Assembly (NCBI GenBank): GCA_965213685.1
Contig: CBDBZY010000038.1
Coordinates: 1 to 64,000, forward strand
Reading direction: 5' to 3'
DNA: 64,000 nucleotides
DNA from: a bacterium
GTDB taxonomy: Bacteria; UBA8248
Made by a program: the position numbers and the translations under genes. Position 1 is the stretch's first letter; every line of letters begins with the position of its first letter. A model generated the notes under the pieces. The model made no database searches and had not been told where the DNA came from. It worked only from the letters and a program-made list of their open reading frames with translations. Shown piece after piece: positions 9,825-19,913 of the stretch.

Positions 9825-10991
9825 ATGGAAATCGCCTCCCACCCGGAATTGTCCCAGGCCCTCGCGGATGCGCTCGCAAACGGCCCCATCCCCTTTCGGT
9901 GCTTCATGGAGATTGCGCTCTATCATCCGACGGGCGGCTACTATTGCCGGCCGGGCGCCCGCGTCGGCCCGGACGGCGATTTTTACACCAGCCCCCACCA
10001 AAGCCCCTGGCTCGGGAGAATGATTGCGCCGCTGCTGGAGAAAATATGGCGGCGCATGGGCGACGCGCCCGCGCTGCCCCTGTGGGAATACGGCCCCGGG
10101 GAGGGATGGCTCGCCCTCGACATCCTCGAGTCGCTTCGCTCCTCCGGCTCGGACCTCCGCGAGGCCATCGCCTACCGCCTCGCCGAGCAAAGCGCGCAGG
10201 CCCGCGCGCGGATGCGGGAAAGGCTTCGGGGGCTGGACAACGTCCGGTTCGTGGACGCCGCGCAATACCCCCCCGCCGGTTTCGAGGGCGTCGTGCTCGC
10301 CCATGAGTTCCTCGACGCCCTGCCCGTCCATGCCCTCGTGCAGAGGCGGGCGCAGCTTCGGGAGAGGTATGTGACGCGGCACGACGCGCGGCTCCGCTTC
10401 AGCGACGGGCCGCTCTCCGACGCGCGCCTGGGCCGCTGGTTCTCCGACCTGGGCGTCCGGCTCTCCGTGAACCAGCTGGCGGAGGCGGGCTTGTGCGCCT
10501 TTGACTGGGTGCGCGAGGCGGCGCGCCGGATGGAGCGGGGCGCCTTGCTGATCTTCGACTACGGCTTCTCCGCAAGCGTGCTCCACGACGCGGCGCGGCC
10601 AGAGGGAACGCTGCGCGGCTACAGAAACCACAACCTCATCCGCGACCCGCTCTCCCGTCCCGGAGAAACTGACCTCACCGCCCACCTCGACTTCACGTCC
10701 ATCCTGCGGGCGGCCGCCTCCGGGAACATGACGCTCGCGGGCTTTACTGACCAGACGCATTTCCTCCTGGGCGCCGGCCTCCCCGAGGCGGCGGAAAACG
10801 CGATGCAGACGAGAGGAGAAGAAGAAACGAGGCGGGAGCGGCAGGGCATCCTGGGCATCATGAATCCCGCGGGCATGGGAGGCGCCATCAAGGTCATGCT
10901 GTTGTCCAAAGGTCTGGGGGAGGGGGATTTTGGGGGCGCGTTTTCGATGAAGCCCGACGACAGGGCCTCCTACGAGACGCTCGCGGGCTAA
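9825..10991 (+). CDS. SAM-dependent methyltransferase, MidA/NDUFAF7 family
   Basis: FMEIALYHPTGGYY, GDFYTSP, EYGPGEG, HEFLDALP, DLTAHLDF. Confidence 0.88.
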   Translation: MEIASHPELSQALADALANGPIPFRCFMEIALYHPTGGYYCRPGARVGPDGDFYTSPHQSPWLGRMIAPLLEKIWRRMGDAPALPLWEYGPGEGWLALDILESLRSSGSDLREAIAYRLAEQSAQARARMRERLRGLDNVRFVDAAQYPPAGFEGVVLAHEFLDALPVHALVQRRAQLRERYVTRHDARLRFSDGPLSDARLGRWFSDLGVRLSVNQLAEAGLCAFDWVREAARRMERGALLIFDYGFSASVLHDAARPEGTLRGYRNHNLIRDPLSRPGETDLTAHLDFTSILRAAASGNMTLAGFTDQTHFLLGAGLPEAAENAMQTRGEEETRRERQGILGIMNPAGMGGAIKVMLLSKGLGEGDFGGAFSMKPDDRASYETLAG

Positions 10992-11178
10992 TTTAATAAC
11001 AACCCCCCCGGCCGGGACTGCCCCCAACGCCGCGGGCTGTGCTACGACGTGAAGACCTAACGAGACGCCCGGGGGCTAATTTAAATACCCCCCCCCCGGC
11101 CGGCTACCGCATGCGGGACGACCGCGCGCGGGAGGAGCCTACAAGACGCCCGCAGGCTAATAAAACCCCCTGGCCGGG
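10969..11178. repeat. Three degenerate copies of a ~41-48 bp motif spanning two convergent stop codons
   Basis: CCTAC(G/A)AGACGC..G..GGCTAA...CCCCC.GGCCGG at ~10969, ~11056 and ~11138. Confidence 0.75.
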
Positions 11179-12953
11179 CGGATGGCGCGCAGCTCCAGCT
11201 GCGGCCGGGCGCTCCCGCGCCAGCGGTTCAGGCTGGGGGAAAACGCGACGTCGAGTTTTCCGCGCAGGCACTCCGGCGTCTGGAGCAAATCCCCCATGCC
11301 GAAGCCGATGGCCTCCCGCTCGGCGCGAAACTGCCGCAGACGCAGCTTCAGGTGATCGCCGTTGCGGCCCGCCACGCCCGGGCTCCCGGCCACCTCCACC
11401 CGGAAGGCGCAAAACAGGGGCTTCGGGTTTTCCTCCCCGAACGGGGCCAAGCCCTCCAGCTTCTCCAGGAGGGGCACGTCCACGTCCGAGAAATCGACGC
11501 GGGCGTCGTACACGAGTTGCTCCTCATCCGCGCCGGCCGCCTTCATGTCGCGAACCACCTCCTGGAAGCGGGCCCGGAAATCATCGACCTTCCCCTCCTC
11601 CACCCGCAACCCGGCGGCGCCCCGGTGGCCGCCAAACTGGACGAGCAGGTCCGCGCACCGCACCAGCGCGTCATACACGTGAACGCCCGAGGCGGATCGG
11701 ACGGAGCCCTTGCCCACCCCGTCCTTCATGTGGATGAGAACGGAGGGCTGGCGATACTCCTCCACGAGTCTGGACGCCACGATGCCCACCACGCCGGAAT
11801 GCCACTTGTCGCTGGCGAGCACGATGGCGTCGCCCGACTCGCCGGCTCCCGACGCCGCCAGGATGGCCCTGGCCTCCTCCCAGGCCTCCTGCTGCAAGTT
11901 CCGGCGCTGGCGGTTCCACTCCTCCAGCCGCTCCGCGTCGGAGCGGGCCTTGGCCGCGTCGTCGCAGGTGAGAAGCTCCACGCCGAAAGAGGCCTCCCCC
12001 ACCCGTCCCGCTGCGTTCAGCCTCGGGGCGAGGACGAAGGAGACGTGGCCGGCGTTGAGGCGAGCCGCCTTGAGGTCGGCCGCCGCCTGCAGCGCCCGCA
12101 CCCCCGCCTTTCGGCGATCCAGCGTCTCGAAACCGCCTTCGGCCTCCCGGGGGGGCGAGAGGATTTCCAGCCCGTGGCGCACGAAAATATGATTCTCCCC
12201 CAGCAGGGGAACGACGTCGGCCACCGTGCCCAGCGCCACCAGGTCGAGGTGCCGCCCCAGGTTCGGCAGCGGGCTCCCGAACCCGCTTTCACGCAAGCGC
12301 CTCCGGATGGCGGTGACCAGCTTGAACGCGACCCCGACCCCGCACAGCTCCGGAAAAGGATACGCGCAACCCCGCTGGCGGGGGTTGAGGACGGCCAGGG
12401 CGGGCGGCAGTTCGGCAGGCGGGCGGTGGTGGTCGGTGATGATGAGGCGAATCCCCATCCTCTCGGCTTCCCTGGCGGCGGAGTGCGCGCTGATGCCGCA
12501 ATCGACCGTCACCACCGTCTCGCAGCCCGCCTCCTTGAGTTTCCGCAGCCCCGCCTCGTGCAGGCCGTATCCCTCATCCAGCCGGTTCGGAATGTGGTAG
12601 GGGACCCGGACGCCGAAGTGGGAGAGAAACCGGCACATCAGCGCCGTGGCGGAGATGCCGTCCACATCATAGTCCCCATAGACGCCGACCGGTCGCCGGC
12701 GCCGTATCTGCGCCACGAGATGGGAGACCGCCTCCTCCATCCCCTTCATCAAAAACGGATCGTGCAGCTCCGCCAGGGGCGCATCCAGAAACCTGCGGGC
12801 CGCGGCCGGGTCACCCATCCCCCTTTGCGCGAGGAGCCTTCCCAGCAGGGGCGGCGCGTCGAGTGCCTGTGCGATTCTCCGGGCCGATCCCGGATCGACC
12901 GGGCGCTCCGTCCACTTGCGGGGAAAGGCGAGCGAACCTCTGGAGGCGCTCAT
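11157..12953 (-). CDS. recJ: ssDNA-specific exonuclease RecJ
   Basis: YGDYDVDG, TVDCG, ITDHH, LGTVADVVPL, PRLNAAGR, FGGHRGAAG. Confidence 0.96.
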   Translation of the reverse strand: MSASRGSLAFPRKWTERPVDPGSARRIAQALDAPPLLGRLLAQRGMGDPAAARRFLDAPLAELHDPFLMKGMEEAVSHLVAQIRRRRPVGVYGDYDVDGISATALMCRFLSHFGVRVPYHIPNRLDEGYGLHEAGLRKLKEAGCETVVTVDCGISAHSAAREAERMGIRLIITDHHRPPAELPPALAVLNPRQRGCAYPFPELCGVGVAFKLVTAIRRRLRESGFGSPLPNLGRHLDLVALGTVADVVPLLGENHIFVRHGLEILSPPREAEGGFETLDRRKAGVRALQAAADLKAARLNAGHVSFVLAPRLNAAGRVGEASFGVELLTCDDAAKARSDAERLEEWNRQRRNLQQEAWEEARAILAASGAGESGDAIVLASDKWHSGVVGIVASRLVEEYRQPSVLIHMKDGVGKGSVRSASGVHVYDALVRCADLLVQFGGHRGAAGLRVEEGKVDDFRARFQEVVRDMKAAGADEEQLVYDARVDFSDVDVPLLEKLEGLAPFGEENPKPLFCAFRVEVAGSPGVAGRNGDHLKLRLRQFRAEREAIGFGMGDLLQTPECLRGKLDVAFSPSLNRWRGSARPQLELRAIRPARGFY

Positions 12954-13044
12954 CTCCGTTTCGGGCCTCCTACGCCCCCGCCCGCGTCGCCATCCCGCCT
13001 CCCGGCAACCGCCGGCGCGTCGCTCCGCATGGTTTCCCCAGCCC

Positions 13045-14700
13045 TCATCGTCCCTCTTCCGTCCGAGGCGCCCCGCCGGCCGCGGCCGGCCTTGGAGCGT
13101 CCTCCCTGCGCCACCGATCCCGGACGTGGGGCTTCGGCATGGGCAGCGCCATCATCTTTCGCGCGCCCCGCAAATAGGCGTTCACGGGATTCGGCAGCGC
13201 CCGTCTGAATGAAACCATATGGCGAACGAGTGCGTTCGTGAGGCTCTCGGGTCGGCAGGCGTCCCCGTTCATGAGAACGGAAAACGCGAGGGTTTCCCCG
13301 TTTTCGGCGGCGGCGTATCCGCTCAGCGCATGCACGCCCCGCAAAATGCCCGTCTTCGCACGCACCCGACGCGCGGCTGCGCGCTCGCGGCGTCTTTTGC
13401 GCATCGTGCCGTCGACGCCAAAAACGGCCAGCGACGCCATGAATTCCGGCCGCAACCGGAAATCCTTATAGGCAGCCTCGAGCAGCACCACCAGGGCGCG
13501 GGGCGAAATCCGGTTCTCCCGGCTCAGTCCCGATCCGTCGGCCAGGGCGAATTCGGTCGCCGGAACGCCGATCGACACCAGGAAATCCCGCACGGCCCGC
13601 ACCCCCTTCCCGGCGGTCCCCGGCGCGCCGTGCGCCTCGGCGCCCAGGGTTTTCAGTATCTGCTCGGCCACGAAATTGTTGCTCACCTTGTTCAGCCTGC
13701 GAATCGCCTCGCCCAGCGGGGGGGAGAGGTTTCGCGCGAGAAGGGTCGCGCCGGGCGGTGTCGCGCCCCGCCGTATCCCGCCCGCAATCGCGATCCCCTG
13801 CCTCCCGAACTCGGCGGCGACCGCGCCTGCGGCAAAGGCGGTGGGGTCGGTGACCGGCACGCGGTATGTCCCCATGCGCCCGCCCGCTGGAATCGACCCG
13901 CGCACCTGGATGACGTCCCCCCCCTTCCAGCGCCGGCGCCCGAGGCGGATGCGCGAACGGCGGTGGCGCGAGGTGCGCACGCGCGCATCGAGGCGAAGGG
14001 CGCGCGAGGGAGGCTCCAGCCGCACCCGCGCCGGGCTGCCGACTCCGTTGCCCGGTGCCACGACCACGTTCGCGAGGCCGAAATTCAGGGACAACGCCCC
14101 GTGCGGGGCCAGATAGGGCCGGATGGAGCGACCCACGCGCCACCCGCGCCCATATCTCTTCTCGTCGAAAAACGCATCGTCCGCCACCAAATCGCCCGCG
14201 ACGCGCTTCACGCCGCGCAGCCTCAACCGGCGCACCAGGTCGCGCATCCTCTCATGCACGAACAACGGGTCGCCGTAGCCCTTCAGATAGAGGTCGCCCG
14301 GGACGACGCCGTCCCGCAAGCCGGCGGGGGCGTAAAAGTCGGTGGCGAACCGATAGTCCGGCCCCAGGCGCGAGAGGGCGGCGGCGGCGGTGAGCATCTT
14401 GACGTTCGAGGCGGGAATCCGCCGGGTGGCGGCCCTGTGGGAGAAGAGCGTCTGCGCGGTCGAAACCGAGCGCACGTAGAGGCCCATGCGCGCGGGGTAG
14501 GCGCATTGCCTCCTGATGGCGCGCCGCACCTGCTCCCGAAAGGCGGCCTCGGGGGCTACGGCCTTCTTTCGCGGCGCGCGTTTTTTCGCGGCAACCGCAC
14601 CCGCGGGAGAAGCGGCGGGTGCGCAACACACGACCAGGCACAGGAGCACCGCCCACAGGCGGTTCGATGGGCCGCGATTCATGAACCCCGCGTTCCGCAT
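13045..14700 (-). CDS. dacB: D-alanyl-D-alanine carboxypeptidase/endopeptidase (PBP4, S13)
   Basis: PASNVK (SxxK), SNN (SxN), DGSGLSR, AKTG. Confidence 0.92.
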   Translation of the reverse strand: MRNAGFMNRGPSNRLWAVLLCLVVCCAPAASPAGAVAAKKRAPRKKAVAPEAAFREQVRRAIRRQCAYPARMGLYVRSVSTAQTLFSHRAATRRIPASNVKMLTAAAALSRLGPDYRFATDFYAPAGLRDGVVPGDLYLKGYGDPLFVHERMRDLVRRLRLRGVKRVAGDLVADDAFFDEKRYGRGWRVGRSIRPYLAPHGALSLNFGLANVVVAPGNGVGSPARVRLEPPSRALRLDARVRTSRHRRSRIRLGRRRWKGGDVIQVRGSIPAGGRMGTYRVPVTDPTAFAAGAVAAEFGRQGIAIAGGIRRGATPPGATLLARNLSPPLGEAIRRLNKVSNNFVAEQILKTLGAEAHGAPGTAGKGVRAVRDFLVSIGVPATEFALADGSGLSRENRISPRALVVLLEAAYKDFRLRPEFMASLAVFGVDGTMRKRRRERAAARRVRAKTGILRGVHALSGYAAAENGETLAFSVLMNGDACRPESLTNALVRHMVSFRRALPNPVNAYLRGARKMMALPMPKPHVRDRWRREDAPRPAAAGGAPRTEEGR

Positions 14701-14743
14701 CCGGTGCGCGGCGGGCGGAGGAAGCCCCGGGCCTTCTCCGGAC

Positions 14744-15346
14744 TCACAGGAAAGCCAGTGCCTGCATCAGTTGCTGAAGCGAGGGGCGGTCCCGGAAATT
14801 CCTGCCCACGTGCACATAGCGCACCACGCCGCGCTTGTCGATGATGAAAATGGCGGGCCGCGCCATTCCCTCCCTGGGGTGCAGCACGCCGTAGAGCTGA
14901 ATGATGCGCTTCTTGGAGTCGGAGAGCAGGGGAAACCGCACGCCCAGCTCCCGGGTCGTCCTGTTGGTCTGCAGCGCATCGTCCGTGCTGACGGCGACGA
15001 TTTCGGTCTGCAGGCCGCGGATCTTCTCGGCCGCTTGCTGCAACTCGACGAGTTGCCGTTGGCAGACGCCTCAGAAGTGGCCCCGATAGAAAAGCATCAG
15101 AAGGTTTTTCTTGCCCTGGAGGTCGGAGAGCCGGAAGCCCTGGATTTCAAACCCATGCGCCTTGTCTCCCACCTTGGGGCGATTCTCGTCAAAGGGCGCG
15201 GCGTCCGGGGCGCCCGCGCCCGTCAGGACGAGGGCGAACGCCATCGCCGCCGCGCCAAGGGTTCGCTTCAAACGACAACTGCTCCATCTCCATCTCATCC
15301 GGGGAACCCTCCACATCGTTCGAGCCAGACCAAAATCCATTCGCAA
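14744..15346 (-). CDS. Exported peroxiredoxin-like (AhpC/TSA) selenoprotein with UxxC; start uncertain
   Basis: The two track ORFs are in one frame, joined by TGA at 15071-15073: FYRGHF-U-GVCQRQLVELQ...FPLLSD...ARPAIFIIDKRGVVRY. Confidence 0.85.
15040..15056 (-). promoter_or_regulatory. Candidate bacterial SECIS hairpin
   Basis: GCAACTC-GTC-GAGTTGC starting 14 nt after the in-frame UGA. Confidence 0.6.
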
Positions 15347-15471
15347 CGGGGCGGATCATAATCCTCCCCGGACGGGCTTGCAAACCACCCGGAGGCGCCG
15401 CGTTGACGATGAGGCGTCGCCTGTGCCAGTCTCCCTGCGACGCCCTGCCCATCGCCCAATTCCACGCGCGC

Positions 15472-17040
15472 ATGAAAAACGGACCGCTGGGACTTCTCGC
15501 CTTTCTCCTCCTCCTGCCCGCCTCCGCCCATCTGGCCGGCTGCGGGGAGAAGCGCCCCCTCGCAGAGGACGCCCTCGTCATCGGAATCGAGAGCAACCCC
15601 ACGCAACTCGACCCGAGACTATCACAGGACGCCGTCTCCTCGAAGGTGCAGCGCTTCATTTTCAACCGCCTGATATCCCGGGACGAGGACGGCCGATTCG
15701 CCCTGGAGCTCGCCGCGTCCTGGGAGCGGCCCACGCCCCTCGTTCACCGCTTCCGACTCCGGGGCGGGGTGCGGTTCCACGACGGCGCGCCCCTCACCTC
15801 CTCGGACGTCAAATATACCTTCGACTCCATCCGGGATCCCTCCCTCGCCTCCCCCAAAGCGGAGGGACTCCGGGAGCTCGCGCGCATCGAAACCCCCGCG
15901 CCGCGCGAAGTCATCTTTCACCTCAAGGAGCCGTCCGCCTCCTTCGCCGAATCCCTCATGGTCGGCATCCTCCCCCGAAGCGCGGCGAAGGCGGGGAGGC
16001 GTTTCGCCGAACGCCCCGTCGGCACCGGCCCTTTCGCGTTCGTGGGGTTCGCACCCGATGAGCGCGTCACCCTCCGGGCGTTCGCCGGCCATTTCGGCGG
16101 CAAGCCCGCCTTCTCGCGCCTCATCTTCCGGATTCTCCCGGAGGAGACCATCCGCATCCTGGAACTCGAGAGCGGGGGGGTCGACTTCATACAAAACTCC
16201 TTCTCGCCCGACCTGCTGCCCCGGCTCCGCCGGAACGGGCGGCTGCGGATTCGCAAGCGCCTCGGCACGAACTTCAGCTACATCGGCTTCAACCTGAGCG
16301 ACCCGATTCTCTCGAGGCGCGAGGTGCGCCGCGCGATAGCCCACGCGATCGACAGGCGCCCCATCATACGCTTCATCCTCAAGGGCCTCGCCCGGGAGGC
16401 GGACAGCCTCCTGCCGCCCGACCACTGGGCGCACGCAAAAGACCTGCCGCACTACGCGCACCGCCCGGGGCTGGCGAGAAAACTCCTCGACGAGGCGGGC
16501 TTTCCCGACCCCGACGGGCCGGGCCCCAGGCCGCGCTTCACCCTCACCTACAAGACGTCGCAAAACGAGCTGCGGCGGCGCATCGCCACCGTGCTCGCCC
16601 ACCAGCTCGCCCGCGTGGGGGTGGAGATGAAAATCCGCTCCTACGAGTGGGGGACGTTTTTCGGCGACATCCGAAGCGGAAACTTCCAGCTCTACGGCCT
16701 GACGTGGGTGGGCATATCGGACCCTGACATCTACCGCCACATTTTTCACAGCCGCCTCACCCCGCCTGCGGGACTCAACCGGGGCGGCTACCGCAACGCG
16801 CGCGTGGACGCGCTGCTCGAGGCCGCCCGCCAGACGGCGCGCACCGACGCCCGCGCCCGCATGTATGGCGAGGTGCAGCGCATTCTCGGCCGCGCACTCC
16901 CCTACATCCACCTCTGGCACAGCGTGAACGTGGCGGTCTTCGACGCGCGCATATCGGGCTATCGGGTGTTCCCGGACGAGGACCTCATCTCGCTGGCGCG
17001 GGCCACGCTCTCCCCGGGGGTGCGGCGGAACGGCAGATGA
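15472..17040 (+). CDS. Peptide/nickel ABC substrate-binding lipoprotein (family 5)
   Basis: Lipobox LAGC, LDPR, VRFHDG, PVGTGPF. Confidence 0.9.
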   Translation: MKNGPLGLLAFLLLLPASAHLAGCGEKRPLAEDALVIGIESNPTQLDPRLSQDAVSSKVQRFIFNRLISRDEDGRFALELAASWERPTPLVHRFRLRGGVRFHDGAPLTSSDVKYTFDSIRDPSLASPKAEGLRELARIETPAPREVIFHLKEPSASFAESLMVGILPRSAAKAGRRFAERPVGTGPFAFVGFAPDERVTLRAFAGHFGGKPAFSRLIFRILPEETIRILELESGGVDFIQNSFSPDLLPRLRRNGRLRIRKRLGTNFSYIGFNLSDPILSRREVRRAIAHAIDRRPIIRFILKGLAREADSLLPPDHWAHAKDLPHYAHRPGLARKLLDEAGFPDPDGPGPRPRFTLTYKTSQNELRRRIATVLAHQLARVGVEMKIRSYEWGTFFGDIRSGNFQLYGLTWVGISDPDIYRHIFHSRLTPPAGLNRGGYRNARVDALLEAARQTARTDARARMYGEVQRILGRALPYIHLWHSVNVAVFDARISGYRVFPDEDLISLARATLSPGVRRNGR

Positions 17041-17963
17041 CGATGCGAAAGTTCATCCTCAAGCGCTTCCTGCTCCTCATCCCCGTCCTGTGGGGGGTGA
17101 CGACCCTCGTCTTCATCGTCACCCAGGTGCTGCCGGGCGACCCGGTGGACCTGATGCTGGGCGAGACGGCCCGGCCCGCCCAGCGCGAGCAGCTGCGCCG
17201 GGCGCTGGGGCTGGACAGGCCGCTGGGCGTTCAATACGCCGATTACATGGGCGGGCTGCTGCGGGGGGACATGGGCGTCTCGATCCACCAGAGGAGGGCG
17301 GTGTCGGAGGTCATCCTCGAGCGCACCCGCGCCTCCGCGGAACTGGCGCTCGCCTCGCTGTCCATCGCCCTGCTCATCGCCCTTCCGCTGGGAGTGGCGG
17401 CGGCGCGCCGACCGGGCACGTGGGTGGACCTCGCGGCGGGCTTCCTCGCCGTGGCCGGGGCCAGCATGCCCGTCTTCTGGCTCGGGCCGCTGCTCATCAT
17501 CGCCTTCTCCATCGGCCTCGGCTGGCTCCCCGTGTCGGGCAGGGAGGGGGGGCTGAGCCTCATCCTCCCCGCCGTGACGCTCGGGGCCGCCCTCTCCCCC
17601 ATCCTGATGCGCATGACGCGCTCGAGCCTCCTCGAGGTGCTGCCGCAGGACTACATCAGCTCCGCGCGCGCCAAGGGGATTTCGGAGAGGCGGGTGCTCT
17701 GGCTTCACGCGCTGAAGAACGCCTGCCTGCCGCTCATCACCGTCCTGAGCCTGCAGCTCGGCGCCCTGCTCTCGGGCGCCATCATCACGGAGACGGTCTT
17801 CGCCTGGCCCGGCGTGGGCCGCCTGGTGATCCAGGCCATCGCCGCCCGCGACTATCCGCTCGTGCAGGGCTGCGTCCTGTTCATCGCCGCCGTCTATGTG
17901 AGCGCCAACTTTCTCGCCGACGTCGCCTACGCCTGGCTCGACCCGCGCGTGAGGATGGGATGA
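17037..17963 (+). CDS. Peptide ABC permease (DppB/OppB-like)
   Basis: LPGDPV, LGLDRPL, SARAKG, ITETVFAWPGVG. Confidence 0.9.
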   Translation: MTMRKFILKRFLLLIPVLWGVTTLVFIVTQVLPGDPVDLMLGETARPAQREQLRRALGLDRPLGVQYADYMGGLLRGDMGVSIHQRRAVSEVILERTRASAELALASLSIALLIALPLGVAAARRPGTWVDLAAGFLAVAGASMPVFWLGPLLIIAFSIGLGWLPVSGREGGLSLILPAVTLGAALSPILMRMTRSSLLEVLPQDYISSARAKGISERRVLWLHALKNACLPLITVLSLQLGALLSGAIITETVFAWPGVGRLVIQAIAARDYPLVQGCVLFIAAVYVSANFLADVAYAWLDPRVRMG

Positions 17964-18769
17964 GGCGCGGCCTCTCCATCTACCTGGGCGGCGGCGTGGT
18001 CGCCCTCCTGCTGCTCGCCACCCTGAGCGCCCCTCTTCTGTCGCCCCGAAGCCCCTACGCGATGGAACTCGCGCGCGGGCTGGCGCCCCCCGACATGGCG
18101 CATCCGTTCGGGCAGGACAAGCTCGGCCGCGACATCCTGAGCCGCGTTCTGCACGGTGGTGCCACGTCGCTCACCGTGGGGTTCGCCGCCGTGTCGGTAT
18201 CCGTGCTCCTGGGCGTCCTCATCGGAGGAGTCGCGGGCTATCTCGGCGGGCTGTGGGACGAGGCGATCATGCGCGTCACCGACGTGTTCCTGGCCTTTCC
18301 GGGCATCCTGCTCGCCATCGCGCTCATGTCCGTCCTCGCCCCGAGCCTGTGGAACATCGTCATCTCGCTGTCGGTGTTCGGATGGGTGGGCTACGCGCGC
18401 CTCGTGCGCGCGCAGGTGCTCGCCCTGCGCGAGCGCGAATTCGTGACCGCAGCCCGCGCCGCGGGCGCAGCGCCCGGGCGAATCCTCGCGCGCCATCTGC
18501 TCGCCAACATCGTCTCTCCGGTCATCGTGGAGGCGAGTTTCGGCATGGCGGGGGCGATCCTCGCCGAATCCGGACTTTCCTTCCTGGGGCTGGGGATACA
18601 GCCCCCCGAGCCGAGCTGGGGGGCGATGCTGGCGGAGGGGCGCGATTTCCTGCTCGTAGCCCCGCACCTGACGATTTATCCGGGAATCGCCCTCGCCCTC
18701 ACCATCATGGGACTGAACATGCTGGGAGACGGACTGCGGGACATGCTCGACCCGACTCAGAAGAGATAG
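17960..18769 (+). CDS. Peptide ABC permease (DppC/OppC-like)
   Basis: HPFGQDKLGRDILSR, EFVTAARAAGA, LSFLGLG, PSWG; ATGA overlap with the upstream gene. Confidence 0.9.
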   Translation: MRRGLSIYLGGGVVALLLLATLSAPLLSPRSPYAMELARGLAPPDMAHPFGQDKLGRDILSRVLHGGATSLTVGFAAVSVSVLLGVLIGGVAGYLGGLWDEAIMRVTDVFLAFPGILLAIALMSVLAPSLWNIVISLSVFGWVGYARLVRAQVLALREREFVTAARAAGAAPGRILARHLLANIVSPVIVEASFGMAGAILAESGLSFLGLGIQPPEPSWGAMLAEGRDFLLVAPHLTIYPGIALALTIMGLNMLGDGLRDMLDPTQKR

Positions 18770-19218
18770 AGAAAATACCAGCGCCGCTTTTTCTTCTTCG
18801 CCGGCGCGGGCGCAGGTGCCTCGCGCTCGGGCGCCGGCCCCGCCCCGCCCTGCCTTTTCAGCTGGGAGGCGGGCTCCGGCCTGGGGATGTCGGCGATGTC
18901 CACCAGAGTCCCGTGGGGAAAGCGGGTCATGCGCCCCTCTGCCCGAAAAAACGTCTCCGGGCGAACGACGTGGCATTCGAGGCACCGGGCGGCGGCGCGC
19001 AACGGGCTGTTCTCGTCATACCGCAGCCTGACCCGCTCGATGTGCGGCGCCTCGCGGAACTTCTCGTGCACATGGCAGCTCTGGCAGTAGGATTGGACGA
19101 CCACGTTCTCCTCCGCGGGCGGAAGAGCGCCCTTGACGGCGTCTTCTATCGGCCTGCGCTGGCAAGCGGAGACGAGCAGCAGGCAGACCGCCAATCCCAT
19201 GAACGAGTAACTCTTCAC
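18757..19218 (-). CDS. Small putative diheme c-type cytochrome lipoprotein
   Basis: Lipobox VSAC; CQSCH and CLECH. Confidence 0.65.
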   Translation of the reverse strand: MKSYSFMGLAVCLLLVSACQRRPIEDAVKGALPPAEENVVVQSYCQSCHVHEKFREAPHIERVRLRYDENSPLRAAARCLECHVVRPETFFRAEGRMTRFPHGTLVDIADIPRPEPASQLKRQGGAGPAPEREAPAPAPAKKKKRRWYFLYLF

Positions 19219-19353
19219 TCCCTGCACCCCGCACATTTTCGAGGATGGCGCACAGCGCCGTTCAATCCCGCGCACCAGTATAAGGGTTCGGCGTCCGCGC
19301 GGCAACCGGCGCGCGGCCGGGAGGCCGCCGAAAAACCGCGCCGACGCGCCTCC

Positions 19354-19767
19354 CTAGGCGTCCGCCCTGGGACCGCCCGCCCTCGCGCGCACGTAGGCGA
19401 CGATATCCTCCATCGTGGCCCCGGGGGTGAAAATCTCGTCCACGCCCTTCTCCTTGAGGGCAGGAATGTCCTCGTCGGGCACGATGCCGCCCCCGAACAG
19501 GAGAACGTCCTCCATCCCCTGACCGTCCAGGAGTTCGCGGATTCTGGGAAACAGGTGGTTGTGCGCACCGGAGAGAATCGAGAGTCCCACGCAGTCCACG
19601 TCCTCCTGCATGGCGGCCGAGGCGATTTGCTCGGGCGTCTGGCGAATGCCCGTGTAGATCACCTCCATGCCGGCGTCCCGCAGGGCGCGCGCGACGACCT
19701 TGGCGCCCCTGTCGTGCCCGTCCAGCCCGGCCTTGCCGACCAGCACCCGTATTTTCCGCTCGCTCAT
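19354..19767 (-). CDS. Cobalamin-binding subunit of a methylmalonyl-CoA mutase-family enzyme
   Basis: [10 protein letters not shown] (DxHxxG), [19 protein letters not shown]. Confidence 0.92.
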   Translation of the reverse strand: MSERKIRVLVGKAGLDGHDRGAKVVARALRDAGMEVIYTGIRQTPEQIASAAMQEDVDCVGLSILSGAHNHLFPRIRELLDGQGMEDVLLFGGGIVPDEDIPALKEKGVDEIFTPGATMEDIVAYVRARAGGPRADA

Positions 19768-19825
19768 TGCCCGCCGCCTCCGTCCGATCGCGCGGCCTCC
19801 CGAGAAGCTCCCGGCCGCCGATTAT

Positions 19826-19860
19826 GATTATTCCGAAAAAAAGGCCGCGTTTCAAACAGG
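19826..19860. repeat. 35-bp direct repeat, left copy (RM cassette boundary); promoter-like on minus strand
   Basis: GATTATTCCGAAAAAAAGGCCGCGTTTCAAACAGG; matches 22091-22125 with 1 mismatch. Confidence 0.9.
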
Positions 19861-19913
19861 CATACTGCGTTTGCGCGGGTCTGGAATACGATGGACGCTT
19901 ACAGGCGCCTGAC

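Noticed and set aside
10969-11178. CRISPR array
   Set aside because: Only three highly degenerate copies, overlapping coding ends, with no cas genes in the window.
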